Shown: in pieces, positions 45,535 to 55,502 of the stretch
Numbering within the stretch: position 1 is the first letter of the stretch
How the letters are laid out: the number at the start of each line of letters is the position of its first letter
From: Cyanophora paradoxa CCMP329
Lineage: Eukaryota; Plantae; Glaucophyta
Direction: 5' to 3'
NCBI GenBank assembly: GCA_004431415.1
Contig: QPMI01000284.1
Span: 1 to 64,000, forward strand
DNA: 64,000 nt
Notes under the pieces: model-generated
The model's input: the letters and a program-made list of their open reading frames with translations, nothing else
Told to the model about the DNA's origin: nothing
Databases searched by the model: none
Translations under genes and position numbers: made by a program

Positions 45535-46774
45535 ATGCCAGCGGCGAAGAAACCTGGAAAGAAAAAGAAGACGAGGCGTCGGAAGACGCTGGAGCCCGAG
45601 TTTGTTCCGAAGAGCGTAGTGGAGAGCCTCGAGCAGCGGCTGAAGGTGCAGCAAGCTGAGCTGGAGAATGCAAGGACGCAGCTGAATTTTTACAGACTGG
45701 AAAGCGGTGCGGTGATAGATAGCTACGTCCCGCGGCCCTTCACCCGCCGCTTGCGACGGGGGCCCGGGCCCCGTTCTCGCAGAAAAGCTGACGTCGGAGT
45801 TGATGCACCAGAAGAGAAGTCTCGAGCTGCAGGGGGTGGAGCACAGGAATCGCCTGAAGGACGTGGAGTGGTCGGAACGGCGGCATCGCGACGAAATCAA
45901 GGTCCTTCGCGAGAAGGTCAAGCTCTGATCCATGCTCCCGATACGCAGCTTACATGCGCCCAGCTGAGGACCGTCGAGAGCGAACGGAACAGTACGATTG
46001 CGAGCATAAAGGCGAGCGATCAGGAGTAGTACGCAGCTTTGTCTCTTGGCCTCGGGCGAGCGCCTGCTGACGCGCACGCAGCATTCGGCTGCTTACGGAA
46101 CAGTACAAGGCGCGAGAGAAGGAGCTTAAAGAGGACAAGGCGATGCTGGAGCAACGGTGGGTGGGGCGGGGCGGGGCGGCGCCGGGGGGTCGCGGGCGCA
46201 GGCTGACTCGGAGGGGCGGGGCAGGCTGCGGGAGATCGAGATCAGCCACGACGCGCACGTGCAGTCGATCACGGAGTCGTTCGAGCAGGAGATCGCGCGG
46301 CTGAAGCACGAGATGGAGGAGCCCGTCCTGCTCGGCGTCTTCCGAGGATCCGTCCGCCCCTCCCCCGCCCCGCGCCCCGCGCCCCGCCCCCCCGCACGCC
46401 GTGACCGAGCGGCGCAGGGCGGGGGCGGGCCGGGCGTGTGGGAGTTCATGCGGCCGCGCCCGGGCTCGGACGAGACGCTCTCGAAGAGCCGCGTGCGGGC
46501 GCTCGTGTACCCCCGCCAGCGCCCCGGGGACGGGGCGCTGGAGCTCAGCTTCCGCACCGCGGCGCCCAGCCCGCTGGCGAGCCCGCCCAGCGCCGCCACC
46601 CCGGACTACACCGCCGGCACCGTCGGCCCGAGCCTGCCCCCGGCCGCCAACAACCGGCCCTCCTCCGCCGGCCCTGGCCGGCCCAAGGAGCCATTCTTCG
46701 CGCCGCGCCCGCCGGAGGGGCCGAGGCCCGACCGGCCGCAATCTGCCGGCCCCCGTATGCTGCTCGCCAAGTGA
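45535..46774 (+). CDS. Hypothetical coiled-coil protein with basic N-terminus (multi-exon)
   Basis: MPAAKKPGKKKKTRRRK, heptad-like exons (LEQRLKVQQAELENARTQL, YKAREKELKEDKAMLEQR, FEQEIARLKHEMEE), Pro-rich tail ending RPQSAGPRMLLAK*. Confidence 0.65.
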
Positions 46775-47169
46775 GCCCCAGCGGCGGGGCCTCCATGTAT
46801 ACGTAGATCTCCTTTTTAAAGTACGGTAATTGCATTTGGACAGGACACGTGCTAGCTGACGCCAACTATCGGCGCCCTGTGCGACGTGCCGAGCGTGGCG
46901 AGCTAGGAGCAGCGGCCGCGAAAGAGGCTAGCTCGCACAGAGGTCGCGATCGAGGGCGCCGTGGTCGGCCGTGGGGGCGGCGGAAGAGGGGGGTGGCCGG
47001 GGCGGGGGGGTACCGGGTGCAGAAGCTTACACGTCCCGCGGCCGCCCACGTGCACGTGCAAGTTCAACTCTCAATTGCACGTCGGCTACGGCGTTTGGCA
47101 CTGCGCCGCGGCGCGAGCCCGGCCAGCGCTCCGCCGGGCCGCGCACGCTCGATCTAAGAGCCTGAAAAG

Positions 47170-50042
47170 ATGGACATCGACCCGGAACTCGCGTCGCGCG
47201 AGCATCTGTTCGGGCAGGATGTGCACATTACCCTCGCGCGGGCGCTGGGAGAAACGAGCAAACCGCCGGAGCTCATCTCCTTCATCCAGCGCAAGTTCGG
47301 CCTGCAGGAGCCAGCCTCCGACCCCGTCCTCCCGCTGCTGGACCTGCTGGGTGCAAGCCGGGCCGAGTCGTACTCCTATGTGAGCGTGCCCGCAGCCGGG
47401 GCGCGCGCTGCGTGCGCCGACGCTCTGCAGGTCCTTCACCACCTCCTCGAGAAGCTGCGCGAGCGCCTCTCGAAGATGTCGTCCTCGGAGTGCGAGTCCC
47501 GCGCCGCCGCCCGCCGCGGCGGCCTGAGTCGCGCTCAGGCAGCTGGAGCCCTTCCTGCAGCTGACTTTCCCGTACATCGGCGTGGAAGAGCTGAAGTCGG
47601 TGCCGATAGCGATCCTGGAGCGCATCCCGCGCGTGCCGGAGGCCTTGCTGCGGACCCTCTCCTCGCCGGACTACCGGGCCGTCTACCGCGTGCGCCGGCG
47701 GCCACCGCGCGCGGGATCGGCGTGGTGCGGGCGCTGAGGGAGGGCGCAGGAGCTGCCGATCGCGGTGAAGCGGCAGGTGTGGGAGTCGAGCGAGGGGACG
47801 GCGCTCTTCCGCGAGCATGTCCTGCCCCTCATCGACCGCTACGCCTCCGAGGCCGCCGCCGCCCGCGCCCACCTCGAGCTCCTCAACTCTCCCGGGCCGC
47901 CCCGCAAGCGGTGCCGCCCCGCCCCCGCCCGCCCGAGGGGCCACCCTTCGCCCCGCGGCGGCCGACGGGAGGGCGGGGGGCGGGCAGGCGGGGGGAGAGT
48001 GGGGCGCTGCGGGAGCTGTGCGAGGCGGTGGGGGCCTCGGGGCCGCTGTACGAGCGGGTGGTGGGCCTGCTGCGGCAGCGCTACGCCGAGGCCCCGAGCG
48101 GCGCCCTCTGCACCCTCCGCTCCGACCTCGTCATGGCCGCCCACGAGGCCGGCGCCTCCGCCGTGCGCCGCGCCCCCCGCCCGAGGCCCTCCGGGCGCGT
48201 GGCCGAGCGCGGGCGCAGCTGTACGAGCGGGACGCGTGCCACAAGCTCGCCTGGTGCCTGGACGCCTGCCTCGGCCTCAAGGACGGCCTCCTCGACGCCC
48301 GCCAAGTCCGCGAGATCGAGGTCCCCCCGCCCCGCCCCCCGCCCCTGCGCCGGCCGCCGGGTCGCTGATGGTGGGGCAGGGGTTCCTCGCGGGGTGCGGG
48401 CGGGAGGCGGTCGCCGACGCGGCGCTCGTGCTCCACGACCCGCACGTCGAGGCGAGGCCGCGCGCGCCGCCCGCCGCCGGCTCCTCGCGCTGAGGGCAGG
48501 CGCAGCACGCGCTGGTGCGGAACGTCCTCGCGGGGCTCCACGAGTGCGCCCGCCGCGCCGCCCTCCCCCGCTTCAGGTGCCCCGCCCCGCCCCCGCCCCG
48601 CCTCCCCGCCCCACGCCGCCCGCAGCGCCCGCCTCGTGCACGTCACGCGCCTCCTCGCCCTCGCCGCCCGCGCCGTCCCCGGCTTCGTGCGCCCCGCCCC
48701 CGCCCCCGCCCCCGCGGCGGCGGCGAGCGCCGGCCCCGCAGAAGGCGCCCGAGAGAGGAGACAAGGAGCCGACCCGGGCAGCCCCTGACCCTGCGGCGCG
48801 CCCCGCCCCGCCCGCACTCTCTCCCCGCGCCCCTGACGGGCCGTGCGCGCCCCGACAGCTGCTGCGGGAGCTGTACCCCGCGCTGGTGGGCGTTCTGGTC
48901 GACTCGGCCGTCGCGCGCGCGGTGCGGCCGGCACCGCGGCCCGCCCCGGCCCGCTGCGGCCAGCCGCGCCTCACTTCCTCCTCCGGGGGCAGGGCAAGGC
49001 GCGCGGGGACGGGACGCTGAACCCCGCGGTGCGCCCCCGCACGCCGGCCAGCTCCGGCGGCGACCGGCGCGCAGGAGCTGCGCCAGATCGACCTCGGGCC
49101 GCCGCCGGCCGCCCTCGCGCCCCTCGTCGCCGCCAGCGGCCACGCACGCAAGGCGCCCCCTCCCGCCCCCTCGCCCTCGCCCTCGGCCGTGCTCGCTCTG
49201 AGGGGCGGGCTCGCTCAGATCGTGGGTGCGCTGGCGCTCGCGGGGCTGCGGCGGGGCGACGTGCCCCTCTTCCTCCACCTCGCCCCGCTCCTCGCGCCCC
49301 CGCCCGGGGAGCCCCGCGGCTGGGCCTCCGAGGAGGCCCTCGTCTTCGGCTACAGCCTCGCCTCCGAGCTCGTCGCCCCCGGCCCCGTGCCTCAGTTCCT
49401 CCGCGCCGGCGGCGGGGGCGGGGCGGCGGGGGCCGGCGGGGAGGAGGAGGAGGCGGGGAGGGGGACGCCGAGGAGGCGCGGCGCGGGGCCTGGGTGCAGC
49501 GCCTCCTCGCCCCGGGCCCGGCCGCCCCGGGGCGCGCCTCCTCGGCGACGCCCGCCTCCGGGCGGCCGCGCTGCCGGCCTTCCTCCTGCCCCTCTCCCGC
49601 GCCTGCGCGCTCGGCCACGAGGCCGCCCTCCGCGTCCTCCTCGTCGCCGCCACCCTCCCCGCCCGCGCCGGGGGGTACGTCGTCAAGGACCCAGGTGCCC
49701 TCGCCGACGACGCGCAGCGTGCGCGGTCGCCTCACGAGCGCGCCCGCCCTTCGACAGAGCTCCTCTCGCTCCTGCGCGAGGCCACAGAGCGCGGGCGCCT
49801 CACGGACCCCGTCGGCTCCGCCGCCCGCACCTGGGCTTCCGGGTACCCCTCGACCCTCCCGCCCGGCCCCCTGCCGCCGCCGGGGGCCGAGGGCGGGGCG
49901 CAGGGCGGGGGCGACGACGGCGCGGACGGCGCTGGCGGCGTACCGCGCGCTGCTGGAGCGGGCGCCCGACCGCCTGCACGACAACTCCGCCCAGTTCATC
50001 ATGTCCTACATCAAGGCACACGCTTCCCTCGCCGCCCCCTAG
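47170..50042 (+). CDS. NELFB: Negative elongation factor B (COBRA1) homolog, multi-exon
   Basis: PVLPLLDLLG, FPYIGVEELKSVPIAIL..VPE, ELPIAVKRQVWE, LFREHVLPLIDRY, VGASGPLYERVVGLLR, LCTLRSDLVMAAHE, DACHKLAWCLDAC, DAALVLHDP; these follow the order of metazoan NELF-B motifs (VKRQIW, YCTLRAELLM, DPCHKFTWCLDAC). Confidence 0.88.
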
Positions 50043-50187
50043 CGGCCCCCGCCCCCCGCTCTCCGCCCCGCCCGCCCCGCCCCGTGCCTGCCCAAGAAAA
50101 GAGAAGCCAGCCGCTGAGCGACGCGCCGTGACGTCCTTCTCCCGACCCATGCATTCGGGCTGGGCGCTGGGGGGCGGTGCGGGGCGG

Positions 50188-53100
50188 CTAGCTGCCGAGG
50201 GGGTAGATGCGGAGGCAGGTGGTGTCGCCGTCGCCGACGCGGACGGCGCGGAGCCGGTACTCCGCCGCCAGCGCCGCCTGCCGCGCCGCCGGTGAGAAAC
50301 TGCAACGCCGGGGCGGCGGGGGGCCGGGGCGGCCGGGCGCGGTGGGGGCGGGGGCGGGGGGACCTGGAGGTCGACGAGGGGGGCGGGGCGGGGCAGGAGC
50401 TCGACGCGCTGCTGCTTGGGGATCACCACCCGCTCCACCGCCAGCCGCGCCTCCTCCAGCGCCTCGATCTGACCCCCCGCCGCGAGATCAGCGGCGCCCC
50501 CGGGGGGAGGGGGGCGGTGCGCGCGCCTCCTCCTCGCACGCCGCGCCCCTCCGCGTCCTGCCGGCCGCCGGCCCCGCCCCGCCCTGCGCCTCCCGCAGCG
50601 GCGCCGACGAGGCCGCCCCGAGCGCCGCGCCGCGCCCGACCTGCTCCTGCCGGCGCTCCTCGAGGCGGCGGCAACGGCGGCGGCGGCCTCCGCCGCCTCC
50701 GCCGCCTCGGCGGCCTCCGCGGAACGGCGGGCGGCGCGGCGGGCGGCGTGGCTGGGCGCCGGCGGCTCGGGCTCAGCGGACGGCTCCTCCTCCTCGAGCT
50801 CCTCCCTGCGGGGGGCGCTGAGGCGGCAGGGAGGGCGCGCGGGGCGGGGCCGGGGCGGACGCGTCGAGGCCGCAGAGGGCGCGGAGGGCGCGGGAGACGT
50901 GCGGCATCGTCCCGCTCTTGACCGTGTAGATCGGCAGGTCGTGCTGCGCCGCGTCAGCGGGAGGGGCCGGGGGCGGGGCCGGGGGCGGCGGGGGCGCCTG
51001 GCGGGCGAGGGAGCGGAGGCGGGCGTTGGCGCGGGCGTAGCTGCGGAGGGCGAGGAGGGCGTCGGCGCGGGCCGGCTCGCCGGTGACCACCACGGGGAGG
51101 CCCAGCGAGGAGACCGCCTGCTCCACCGCCGCCCGGCTCAGCTCGTACGGGTACACGTACACGCGCCCCTCCTCCGCCTCCTCCACCCCCAGCTGCTCCC
51201 ACTGCGGGGAGCCGGGCACGATGGGCCGCTCGTCGAGGGGGATGCGCGCGGGGGCGGACGGGCGGGGCAGGCTGGCGAAGGGCGGCGGGGGGAAGGCAGC
51301 GGCGGGGGGGTCGAGGGGCGCGAGGGGTACGGGCAGCATCTTCCCCGAGGAGCGGAAGCCCCCGGAGCGCCCGGAGGCCGGCGCCCCGCCGGGTCCCGAG
51401 GAGGGCCGCAGCGAGCCGCCCCACTGGGCCGCCGTCGCCGCGTTGCCGAGCATCAGCGGCTGGCCCCGCCCTCAGCGACGAGCATTGGAACGAAGGCGAG
51501 GGGGGTACGCGCGCGCCTGGGGGGTCTCGTAGGCGGTTTCCACGCGCCCGTCGGCCGCGAGGGAGCGGACCTGCGGGGAGGCTCGGCGGGGGGGCGGGGG
51601 GCGGGGCGGGGCGGGGGCCGGGGGCGGGCCTGGACGGTGGGGTGGCGGCCCTGGAGGAGGCAGTCGACGGTGAAGGAGACGTTCTCGTGCACCGTCCACC
51701 GCTCCCGCTCCGCCATCTCCACCGCCACCTGCCCCCCGCCCCGGGCCCCCGTCACCCTCCCCGCCCCCTCGCCCCCGCGGCCGTGGCCTCGCCTCAAAGG
51801 TTGGGGGGCCCTTGCGCTCGAGGATGGACTTCTGCGTGCCGCGGCGCCTGGCCTCGTCGTCGCCGAGGGTGACGCTCTGGATGCCGCCGACGAGGTCGCT
51901 GAGGGTCGGGTTCTTGATGAGGTTCTCGAGGTAGTTGCCGTGCGCGGTCCCCACGAGCACCACGCCCCGCTCCGCGATCGTCCGCGCCGCCTGCGCCTCC
52001 AGCTCCGTCCCGATCTCGTCAATCACGATCACCTGCGCCCCCGGCCCCGCTCGGCCCCGCCCAGCCCCGGCGCCCCCGCGGGGGGCGGGCGGCGGGGGCG
52101 CGCCTCGGGCATGTGGTTCTCGACGGCCTCGATCATCACCCGGTGCTGCTCCTCCGGCGTCTGCACCTGCGCTGGCGGGGTCGCCGGGGCCGGCGCGCCG
52201 CGCGCCGGCGCGGGCGGCCTCGCCTGCATGCGGCGGGCGCGGCCGATGGCGGGGTGGGGCACGTCCCCGTCCCCCGCGATCTCGTTCGACGTGTCGATGA
52301 TCACGACGCGCTTGTTCAGCTCGTCGGCGAAGACGCGCGCGATCTCCCTGCGCGGAGGCTCGCGCCGGCGGACGAGGGCCGGGGGCGAGCGGAGGCGGCG
52401 CTGGGCACCGGATGGCGGTCGTCTTGCCGACGCCGGGCCGCCCGAGCAGCAGGATGCTCTTGCCGGCCGTCACCAGGTCCCGGATGATCTCGACCGTCCC
52501 CTCGATGTGCCGCCCCGCGCGGCACGTGAGCCCGACGATCTTGCCCTGCCGGTTGCGCATGCACGAGATGCGGTGCAGCGTCGCCTCGATGCCGGCCCGG
52601 TTGTCCCCTCCGAACTCACCGATCTGCTCCACCACCGAGTCCAGGTCGCCCTGCGAGACGACCCCCGGCATGTACCTGCCAGTGCGCGCCCCCGATCTCA
52701 GCGCCCGCCCGCCCGCCCGCGGCGCCCTGCGAGCGGCGGCCGCACTCGGACACGCCACCGGCGAATCGAATCTCGCACGGCCGCCCCAGATCGAGTACCT
52801 GCACCGGTTAAGGCCGAGGCGCGCGCGCGTCGTGTACTGTGCTCACCACCTGCGCGGCCGGATCAGCGGATCGAGGTGGAAAGCGATGCGACGGACCTCA
52901 ATAAGGGCGTTTCGCATCTTATGCTCCTCTACATGCAGGTGGATCCTGTCTGGGAGAACGCGAAGCAGCTTCCCGACGTCGTCTACCGACTCCTCTAGAT
53001 TGGCGGCCCCGCGGGAGGCCTTGCGTATCGCCGCATATACTTCGAACGCGGCGACGGAGATCGCTTGGCGGGCCGCCGCAGGGACGGCGGCACCGAAGAA

Positions 53101-53289
53101 GCGCCGAGCCCACAGCGCGTCCTGCAGGGCCGCGGGTGCCTTGGACGCCGTTCGCGATGTCCTTCTTAGCGCAACTGAACAAGCCCGCGGCCGACGCTGC
53201 GGCATCATCATGCTCGATGGGCCGGCCGGCGCGTGCGCATCCTCGTGGACGCCTGCGGCCGGTCGCAGAGCGGCCGATGTGAATGCCAT
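50188..53289 (-). CDS. ycf45: Plastid-targeted ycf45/SPD1-like SpoIIIAA-type AAA ATPase with C-terminal R3H-like region
   Basis: Transit peptide MAFTSAALR..; [39 protein letters not shown], Walker [41 protein letters not shown]|[46 protein letters not shown]. Confidence 0.92.
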
Positions 53290-53352
53290 CGGCTTAAAAA
53301 GCTTCTCCTGTACTGCAGAGGCGAAGTGGCCGCTCTGTTGGACGAATCGGCC

Positions 53353-53774
53353 TAGGGTTTGGCCTTGGTACCCCTCCTCACCTTGACAAGGGACCTTGAA
53401 CGCCCTTGGTGACCTAGGCCTCGGCAAGGTTGCCTTAAGGTCCCGCCATACAAATTTTGCACCATACAAATCGTGCACCGAGGTCATAAATAACCTGATC
53501 TACCACCAAATCCTGCATCTTCAACTCGATCTGTGTGTTAGATCAAGTTGCTCTTTACTACGATTTGTCGCAAAACACAGTTTTCCACCAATACGGCGCC
53601 GCGGCGCCAGAAGGGGGGGGTCAGCCGAGGCTGCCCTGGCCGCTCCCATACAAAAAGTTTGTATGGGCGGACCTTGACCCTTTCCTTGAGCACCCGGACA
53701 CCTTGGCAAGGGCACCTTGAACGGCCTAAAAAGGTACCTTGAAGCAAGGGCTTTCCTTACAAGGCCAATCCCTA
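53353..53774. mobile_element. Non-autonomous hAT-type MITE, 422 bp
   Basis: 15-bp TIRs TAGGGTTTGGCCTTG (53353-53367) / CAAGGCCAATCCCTA (53760-53774), one mismatch; perfect 8-bp TSD AATCGGCC at 53345-53352 and 53775-53782; many subterminal CCTTG/CAAGG motifs; no transposase. Confidence 0.9.
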
Positions 53775-53854
53775 AATCGGCCGCTCTGCGGGGTACCGTG
53801 ATTGCGACAGACGTTTGCGACAGATTGAGGGGTACCGTGATGGATCGGCGGGGC

Positions 53855-54346
53855 GGGTACTTATACGAATTTCGTCCCTTTCGTCATGTACGAAAGTTGG
53901 ACGAATTCGACAAGTTGGACGATGCGCAACCTTCGTCCAACTTTCGTCCAACTTTCGTCCAACTAGTACCAGCACTCCGACTGGTACTTCGAATTCGTCC
54001 AACTTTCGTCCAACTTTCAAGTTTCGTCCAACTAGTACTAGTACCAGCACTCCGACTGGTACTTCAATTTCGTCCAACTTTCGTCCAACTTTCGTCCAAC
54101 TTTCGTCCAACAAGTACCAGCACTCCGACTGGTATACGTATACGTACGTATATACGTATATATACCGTAGTACAGGTCCGATGTCCGAAAGGCTTAGTCC
54201 CGTAGGTTCATCTCTCGACTTGACACAGATGGACACCTCAGTTATATCTCTAGCCATTTGTCTCGGTGTGTGCGAATTCATTGATTAATGGTATACGTAC
54301 GTATACTTCGTCCAACTTTCGTCCAACTTTCCTTCAGCCCGTACCC
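53855..54346. repeat. Composite repeat element: arrays of the 11-mer ACTTTCGTCCA plus three copies of a GTACCAG-CACTCCGA-CTGGTA(C) hairpin; possibly a foldback/Mutator-like element
   Basis: 11-mer arrays at about 53930-54110 and 54308-54330, inverted copies at about 53892-53922; hairpins at 53965, 54040 and 54113; GGGTAC...GTACCC ends. Confidence 0.7.
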
Positions 54347-54645
54347 AGGCGCGGCTGCAGATCTAGAGCGCCGCGCTGTTCTGACTTCACGACTGTCAGC
54401 AGGTACAAAGCTTATGCCGAGCGCGCGCGGACCGCCGCTGCCAGCGGGCTGCAGCTGCATGCACGGCGCAGCGGCGGCGGTACCGGTGGTGGTGGGGGCG
54501 GTGGCGGCCACGGCAAGAGCGGCGCCGGCAGGCGACTGAACGAGAGAAACCTGCTTTTGAGATGGACCAAGGAGATACAAGTAAAGAGCGGACAATGGAG
54601 GCGAAGTAGGGGGAAACGGGATGAGGCAGACTAAGCTCACAAGAG

Positions 54646-55296
54646 TCACAACTCGCCGCGCTGGTACAAAACCTGCAGCGCGCGGTGAACGCATATCCGC
54701 TCGCTTAAAAGCGACAATGCTCACGTATTGCGCGTAGAGCCACACAAGGACAGCGACGACGCCGGCTGCGCCCGGATGATTAGACGGGAAGGCGACGGGC
54801 GTGGACGGCAAACGCCATGCGCGGACAGCCCCGTGCACGGACCTCCCTGCGTAATCTTCACGGAGAGGTCCAAGAGCTTCTGGTACGGGGTCTTCTGGGT
54901 GTCTCGCGCGGGCATATCGTTTCCGTCCAGACCGGCGCGCCGGCGGTAGCCGTCCTTGATAACCTTGGAAGTCGGCTGCACTGCAATGTGCGTTAGCTAT
55001 TGCTTGCCCGGCTAGCGGCGGCGCAGGGTGAGCGCACTCGATGCACGGCGCTTCTTCGCTTCGATGAAGAAGGGCGTTGCGCTGGCTGGCTGGGCCGGAG
55101 CGTGCGCGACGAACAGAGGCGAAGGCTGCTCCTCGCCGGCCACAAACAGGCGCCGGCGGGCCTGCACGGCGGCGAGGGCTGTGCACGCCGTCGGCCGCGC
55201 TGCCACGCGCGACGAGCTCGAGCTCGCCGCGGGCAGTCCGCGTGCCTCAGCTGTCACAGGCACCGATGCCCCGACGAACGCTGGTGCTAGAGACAT
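54646..55296 (-). CDS. Small plastid-targeted protein with one C-terminal TM helix, 4 exons; function unknown
   Basis: MSLAPAFVGASVPV..PFFIEAKKR|LQPTSKVIKDG..LSVKITQG|AGVVAVLVWLYAQY|VLYQRGEL*; GT-AG introns in phase; Ala/Ser-rich presequence with AFV motif. Confidence 0.7.
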
Positions 55297-55502
55297 CGAT
55301 CTGTGCGTCGATTTCAACCGGGGGCGAAATCTGGGTAGGGTACAGAGCTCTTCGTTCCCGGGCAGGGCGAGCAAGTTCAAGATCGCGAAGCGGAAGTCGA
55401 AAGTTGAAAAAAGTGCATTATGGCATCGACGTCTAGGGCTATCGAGGGAGGGAGCGTAGAATCTCATGTCCTGCCTAGTCTGCGGGAACGCAAGATTGGG
55501 CC

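Noticed and set aside
53930-54135. CRISPR-like look of three palindromic repeats at regular spacing
   Set aside because: The spacers are themselves tandem 11-mers rather than unique sequences; eukaryotic context; no cas genes.
53717-54288. ORFs with FRPTFVQL repeats
   Set aside because: Simply translations of the 11-bp repeat element.
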